Of a stretch of DNA of 19,916 bases, positions 16,634 to 19,916 are shown one piece after another; position 1 is the first letter of the stretch; each line of letters opens with the position of its first letter. A program made the position numbers and the translations under genes. The notes under the pieces were generated by a model. The model was not told the DNA's origin, did no database searches, and worked only from the letters and a program-made list of their open reading frames with translations. Location: the NCBI GenBank assembly GCA_046760505.1, contig JBHIEG010000028.1:1-19916 (forward strand), given 5' to 3'. Source of the stretch: Candidatus Hydrothermarchaeota archaeon. GTDB lineage: Archaea > CAYFZR01.

Positions 16634-17731
16634 ATGATAGATCGCAAGGATATAGAAAAGGTTCTGGGAGAGTATGATAAAGATAATCTCACGATCGGAG
16701 TTATTGGTAGCCATTCTGCATTAGAAATAGGTTTTGGCGCAAAACAGGAAGGAATGAAGACTGTGGTGGTATGTCAAAAGGGAAGAGAAAGGACCTATAC
16801 AAGGCATTACAGAAATCTTTTCGATCATGTACTCGTATTGGATGAGTTTAAACATATAGTCAATGAGGATAGTCAGGAGTACCTGAGAAAACTGAATACT
16901 ATATTCCTGCCAAACCGGTCTTTTTCTGTCTACGTTGGCTATGATAACATAGAAAATAAATTTCTGATTCCAATGATGGGCAACAGATATATGTTAAGAT
17001 GCGAGGAGAGAGATGTAGAAAAAAATCAGTATTACTTGCTCAAAAAGGCAAAGATCAAAATGCCAAAGATATTTAATGATTATAAAGAGATAGACAGAAC
17101 CGTTATAGTGAAGGTACCTGAAAAGGAGAGAAAGATTGAGAGAGCATTTTTTTACGCCTCTTCTCCGGAAGAATTCGAAAAAAAAGCAAGAGAAAGAATA
17201 GAGAAGGGAGTTATAGATGAAGATCTTAGAAAGGCAACCATAGAAGAGTTTATCGATGGGGCAAAGGTGAATGCAAATTACTTTTATTCTCCAATAACTG
17301 ATGAGATAGATCTACTGGGCTTTGATAGGAGACTGCAAACAAATTTACATGGGGTAGTTGATTTACCGGCGAGAGAACAACTAGAGGCAAATATGCTGGT
17401 TCAAAACATAGAGATAGGGCACATGGGCGCTACATTAAGAGAATCTTTACTGGAGAAGATATTTGAGGAAGGAGAAAAATTCGTAGAAGTCTGTAAAAAA
17501 GAATATCCTCCAGGTATGATAGGTTTATTCGCCCTTCAGGGAGCCATTACAAAGGATTTAGAGTTTTGTGTATTTGATGTTAGTCCCAGAATACCCGGAT
17601 GCCCTTGCGTTGAGCCAACCTCCCCCTATGCAAAATATAAGTACGGAAAGGAGGTGGGACCGGGAAGAAGGGTTGCAATGGAGATAAAACTGGCAGTTGA
17701 GAAGGACAGATTGAGTAGTATTGTCACCTGA
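16634..17731 (+). CDS. purP: Formate--phosphoribosylaminoimidazolecarboxamide ligase (PurP) family ATP-grasp protein
   Basis: GSHSALEI...AKQEG, LPNRSFSVYVGYD, IEEFIDG, PPGMIGLFALQG, FDVSPR and GRRVAMEIK. The PNRSF variant suggests the PurP-like subgroup rather than the PHGSF type. Confidence 0.85.
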   Translation: MIDRKDIEKVLGEYDKDNLTIGVIGSHSALEIGFGAKQEGMKTVVVCQKGRERTYTRHYRNLFDHVLVLDEFKHIVNEDSQEYLRKLNTIFLPNRSFSVYVGYDNIENKFLIPMMGNRYMLRCEERDVEKNQYYLLKKAKIKMPKIFNDYKEIDRTVIVKVPEKERKIERAFFYASSPEEFEKKARERIEKGVIDEDLRKATIEEFIDGAKVNANYFYSPITDEIDLLGFDRRLQTNLHGVVDLPAREQLEANMLVQNIEIGHMGATLRESLLEKIFEEGEKFVEVCKKEYPPGMIGLFALQGAITKDLEFCVFDVSPRIPGCPCVEPTSPYAKYKYGKEVGPGRRVAMEIKLAVEKDRLSSIVT

Positions 17732-17743
17732 TTTCCCGAACCC

Positions 17744-17962
17744 TTAGATATGTGTTTTCACTTTTTTTAATCTTCTTTTCGCGTACCAGCAATCATTAAC
17801 TGAGTTTCCAACCAATCCCTGGGCTTTTAAATAAAATAGGGACCTGTAAATATCGTCAAGATCGCATGATACCAGGCGATGTAACCTTTCGGGGTTCATA
17901 CTCTTGGGGTAAACTCTTTGCAGCCATTCCAGTATTTCCTTATCCAACTTGTTTAAACCCAT
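17744..17962 (-). CDS. Small winged-helix-turn-helix protein
   Basis: LDKEILEWL...MNPERL...DIYRSLFYLKAQGLV...WY fits a wHTH pattern. GGAG SDs precede ATG 17968 and ATG 17962. The upstream 70 codons of the 147-aa ORF do not look protein-like. Confidence 0.6.
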   Translation of the reverse strand: MGLNKLDKEILEWLQRVYPKSMNPERLHRLVSCDLDDIYRSLFYLKAQGLVGNSVNDCWYAKRRLKKVKTHI

Positions 17963-18205
17963 TTTCATCTCCATCTCCAGATGTGTCTTTGGTGTACAAA
18001 TTATGTATTTCGAAGATGTTAAAATTTTAGTAAGCAAATATGCGGTATAATTATCAAAAATAAGGCTTGGCATGCGCAGAATTAATTTCCAATCTCTCGT
18101 CTGATAACTTATCTTCTGAAAATTCTCTTCCATATGGGAATTGAATTTCAATCTATCAGGTATAGACTCTGTGATTACAGGTACCATTTTATCTAAGGTA
18201 CTAAA

Positions 18206-18499
18206 TCATTTCAGCCCCTTAATCACCGGGAGCAGTACATTTTTGTACTTCATTACCGTCCAGTAAAATCCAACTATAAATACCAGAATAGTAGCGGTAT
18301 GAATCGTTTCAGACACGCATATTGGCGTATGTGCTGTGAATGGGTATGCAAGACCTGAAATCAAAAATCCAATACCCAAAAACGCGAATAACTTACTAAA
18401 GGTGCCTCCTCTGTATTCGTAAGCAATACGGAGTATTATTGTTGCACTTAATAGGTCCACAAATGCGTGCAATATCCCTCCAGCAATACCTGGATCCAT
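18206..18499 (-). CDS. Small three-TM hypothetical membrane protein
   Basis: Three hydrophobic segments. SD AGGTGA lies 5 nt before ATG 18499. A TATA-like TTATAAAA is at 18608-18601. Confidence 0.65.
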   Translation of the reverse strand: MDPGIAGGILHAFVDLLSATIILRIAYEYRGGTFSKLFAFLGIGFLISGLAYPFTAHTPICVSETIHTATILVFIVGFYWTVMKYKNVLLPVIKGLK

Positions 18500-18632
18500 A
18501 GGGGTCACCTGTTTCTAACCCCTTTCTTCTCTATCCTTAACCTCTGGAGCGTTTTTTTTCATCCAAGTAAAATGCTATATTATTTATAGTCGTACTCGTA
18601 TTTTATAAGTGTTTTGTAGACAAAAATGATTT

Positions 18633-18660
18633 ATTGTCTGGCAAATTTGTTTCAGACAAT
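18633..18660. repeat. 8-bp inverted repeat (possible terminator hairpin or operator)
   Basis: ATTGTCTG (18633-18640) and CAGACAAT (18653-18660) flank a 12-nt spacer containing the palindrome CAAATTTG. It lies just downstream of the PsiE-like gene stop. Confidence 0.45.
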
Positions 18661-18678
18661 TATTCATCCTTCTTTAAA

Positions 18679-19179
18679 TCATATATTATTCATGGACTCG
18701 TAATTAAGACCTTCTCCATAACTCTTCAATTTTTTTCTATAAACAAAGTAAGTTATTGAAAGAATGATCGTGGCAAATAGATATATTAGCACGTACTCTT
18801 GGACGTTAGCGGCGCCCTCACCTTCATGGACGAATGGAGTCAGCATCAGTTTTAGGATGAAAAACACGGTGGAAATTTCAATCAAGGAAAGTATTAAATC
18901 CGTTCTCCTCTGAAGAAAATGTAGATTTACCCTAAACAATTCTATTGTCATAAAGGATGTCGCAATATGTTTCAAAAAATGTCTCTGCATTTCCAGATTG
19001 TGTATAGGGTGATCGAGCTGGAAGTTTATGATCCAATCCGAAAAGATCCACATAAGGGAGTGGATAATCGTGATCGCTGCGGAAATTCCAATGACTGCCA
19101 GTAATCCTAGTAATAGTATGTTTTCAGGTCTCACCTCACCTAACTTGCCAAAGAAGTCCTGTGTTTTATTTTCAGCCAC
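18679..19179 (-). CDS. PsiE (phosphate-starvation-inducible E)-like four-TM membrane protein
   Basis: Four TM segments, with FMTIELFR and LIEISTVFFILKLM resembling the PsiE IEL...IE....R/K pattern. SD GGAGG precedes the GTG start. Confidence 0.6.
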   Translation of the reverse strand: MAENKTQDFFGKLGEVRPENILLLGLLAVIGISAAITIIHSLMWIFSDWIINFQLDHPIHNLEMQRHFLKHIATSFMTIELFRVNLHFLQRRTDLILSLIEISTVFFILKLMLTPFVHEGEGAANVQEYVLIYLFATIILSITYFVYRKKLKSYGEGLNYESMNNI

Positions 19180-19433
19180 GAAATAGGTCCTCCTTTATTT
19201 AATAGGGTTTATAATAGGTTTATGCGATTTCCTTCCTTACCTTTTACAATCAAGGATAAATATAGATTTTCCCAGATCTAAACCATCTTTCTACCAAATT
19301 AGTCCCAAGTATCATTTGAAATCATGAATGCAATCTAAACACCCAAGAAAAATACATTACGTTTGGAGCAGAGGCTCATCCTTCTCATCGATGGAGGGAA
19401 GAAATCGAATTTTCAAAAATTCTTATTCGAACT

Positions 19434-19661
19434 TCAGGCTTTTGCCACCAGTACTTTCTTTTTCTTCTTTTTCTCCCTCATCTTTTTTATCCATTTTTCT
19501 AATTCAGTTTTACTTATTTTTACTAGATCCTGTTCGTTTTTGCCTTGAGCATGCCATTCTTCCTGCAGAAATTCAAAAAATTCCTTATCAAGTAGATCCT
19601 GCTTGGTGGTTTCATCTAGAATCTCAAATAATCTGTTCCTCTGTCTAATCCAACAAACCAT
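19434..19661 (-). CDS. Small hypothetical protein with poly-Lys C-terminus
   Basis: Charged helical composition. SD AGGTG precedes ATG 19661, directly after the stop of the upstream gene (the ORF track uses GTG 19670). Confidence 0.55.
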   Translation of the reverse strand: MVCWIRQRNRLFEILDETTKQDLLDKEFFEFLQEEWHAQGKNEQDLVKISKTELEKWIKKMREKKKKKKVLVAKA

Positions 19662-19662
19662 A

Positions 19663-19916
19663 TCAAACACCTGCTTTAAGTTTAAGCCAGTTCAATCTCT
19701 CTTCTAACACCTTTAAGAGTTCTTCTCTAACCGGCTTTCCCCTGTATATTTTACCGGTTCCTAACTTATCAACTTCTCTTACTTTATTATTCTTTATCCT
19801 ATTAATTTTTATCCTATCAATTCTTCTCGATAATGTTGCGTCGCCGAAAACATCGCTGATCCACTTCTGAAAATGATTGTTACTGAGATGGTATATCAGA
19901 GAATTCTCATCCACAT
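19663..19916 (-). CDS. DUF5752-like protein, probably 5'-truncated by the window edge
   Basis: SLIYHLSNNHFQKWISDVFGDATLSRRI...REELLKVLEERL matches the S-x-x-x-H...F-x-x-W-I...G-D-x-x-L pattern of DUF5752-type domains. Confidence 0.6.
   Translation of the reverse strand, partial: VDENSLIYHLSNNHFQKWISDVFGDATLSRRIDRIKINRIKNNKVREVDKLGTGKIYRGKPVREELLKVLEERLNWLKLKAGV

Noticed and set aside
17975-18187. N-terminal half of the 147-aa ORF
   Set aside because: It has no motif, contains a TATA-like TTTTAACA, and precedes internal SD-ATG pairs, so it is probably intergenic.
19328-19648. Plus-strand ORFs 19328-19648 and 19363-19548
   Set aside because: Their Phe/Ser-rich content is the antisense reading of the Lys/Glu-rich minus-strand ORF.
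1-19916. CRISPR array, tRNA/rRNA, transposase or integrase
   Set aside because: No regularly spaced repeats, structured GC-rich RNA-like segments or recombinase motifs were seen by eye; intergenic gaps are short and AT-rich.

Overview
This window looks archaeal: it has TATA/BRE-like promoters, GGAGG/AGGTGA ribosome-binding sites, a PurP-family gene and DUF1616. It has four blocks. (1) 276-5284 (+): a tightly coupled sulfate-activation operon encoding an RHH protein with an RLRALGY tail, sat, a DHH phosphoesterase, an alkaline-phosphatase-superfamily enzyme, cysC and a TauE/SafE transporter. No reductase or canonical sulfotransferase is visible. (2) 5351-14345: a cell-envelope and protein-sorting island. 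On + are two exported proteins with S-layer-C-like and CW_binding_2-like domains. On - are two paralogous large membrane-anchored proteins, a CPBP intramembrane protease, an exosortase, a stand-alone EpsI protein, a Thr-rich small membrane protein and DUF1616. The 791-aa protein appears to be a natural two-part polyprotein, with an internal sorting-signal-like segment fused directly to a second signal peptide. (3) 14580-17731 (+): housekeeping genes hisD, hisF and a PurP-family gene. (4) 17744-19916 (-): small proteins, including a winged-helix protein, a membrane protein, a PsiE-like protein, a hypothetical protein and a truncated DUF5752-like protein. No RNA genes, CRISPR arrays or mobile elements were recognised. 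All family calls come from motif recognition by eye, not database searches.
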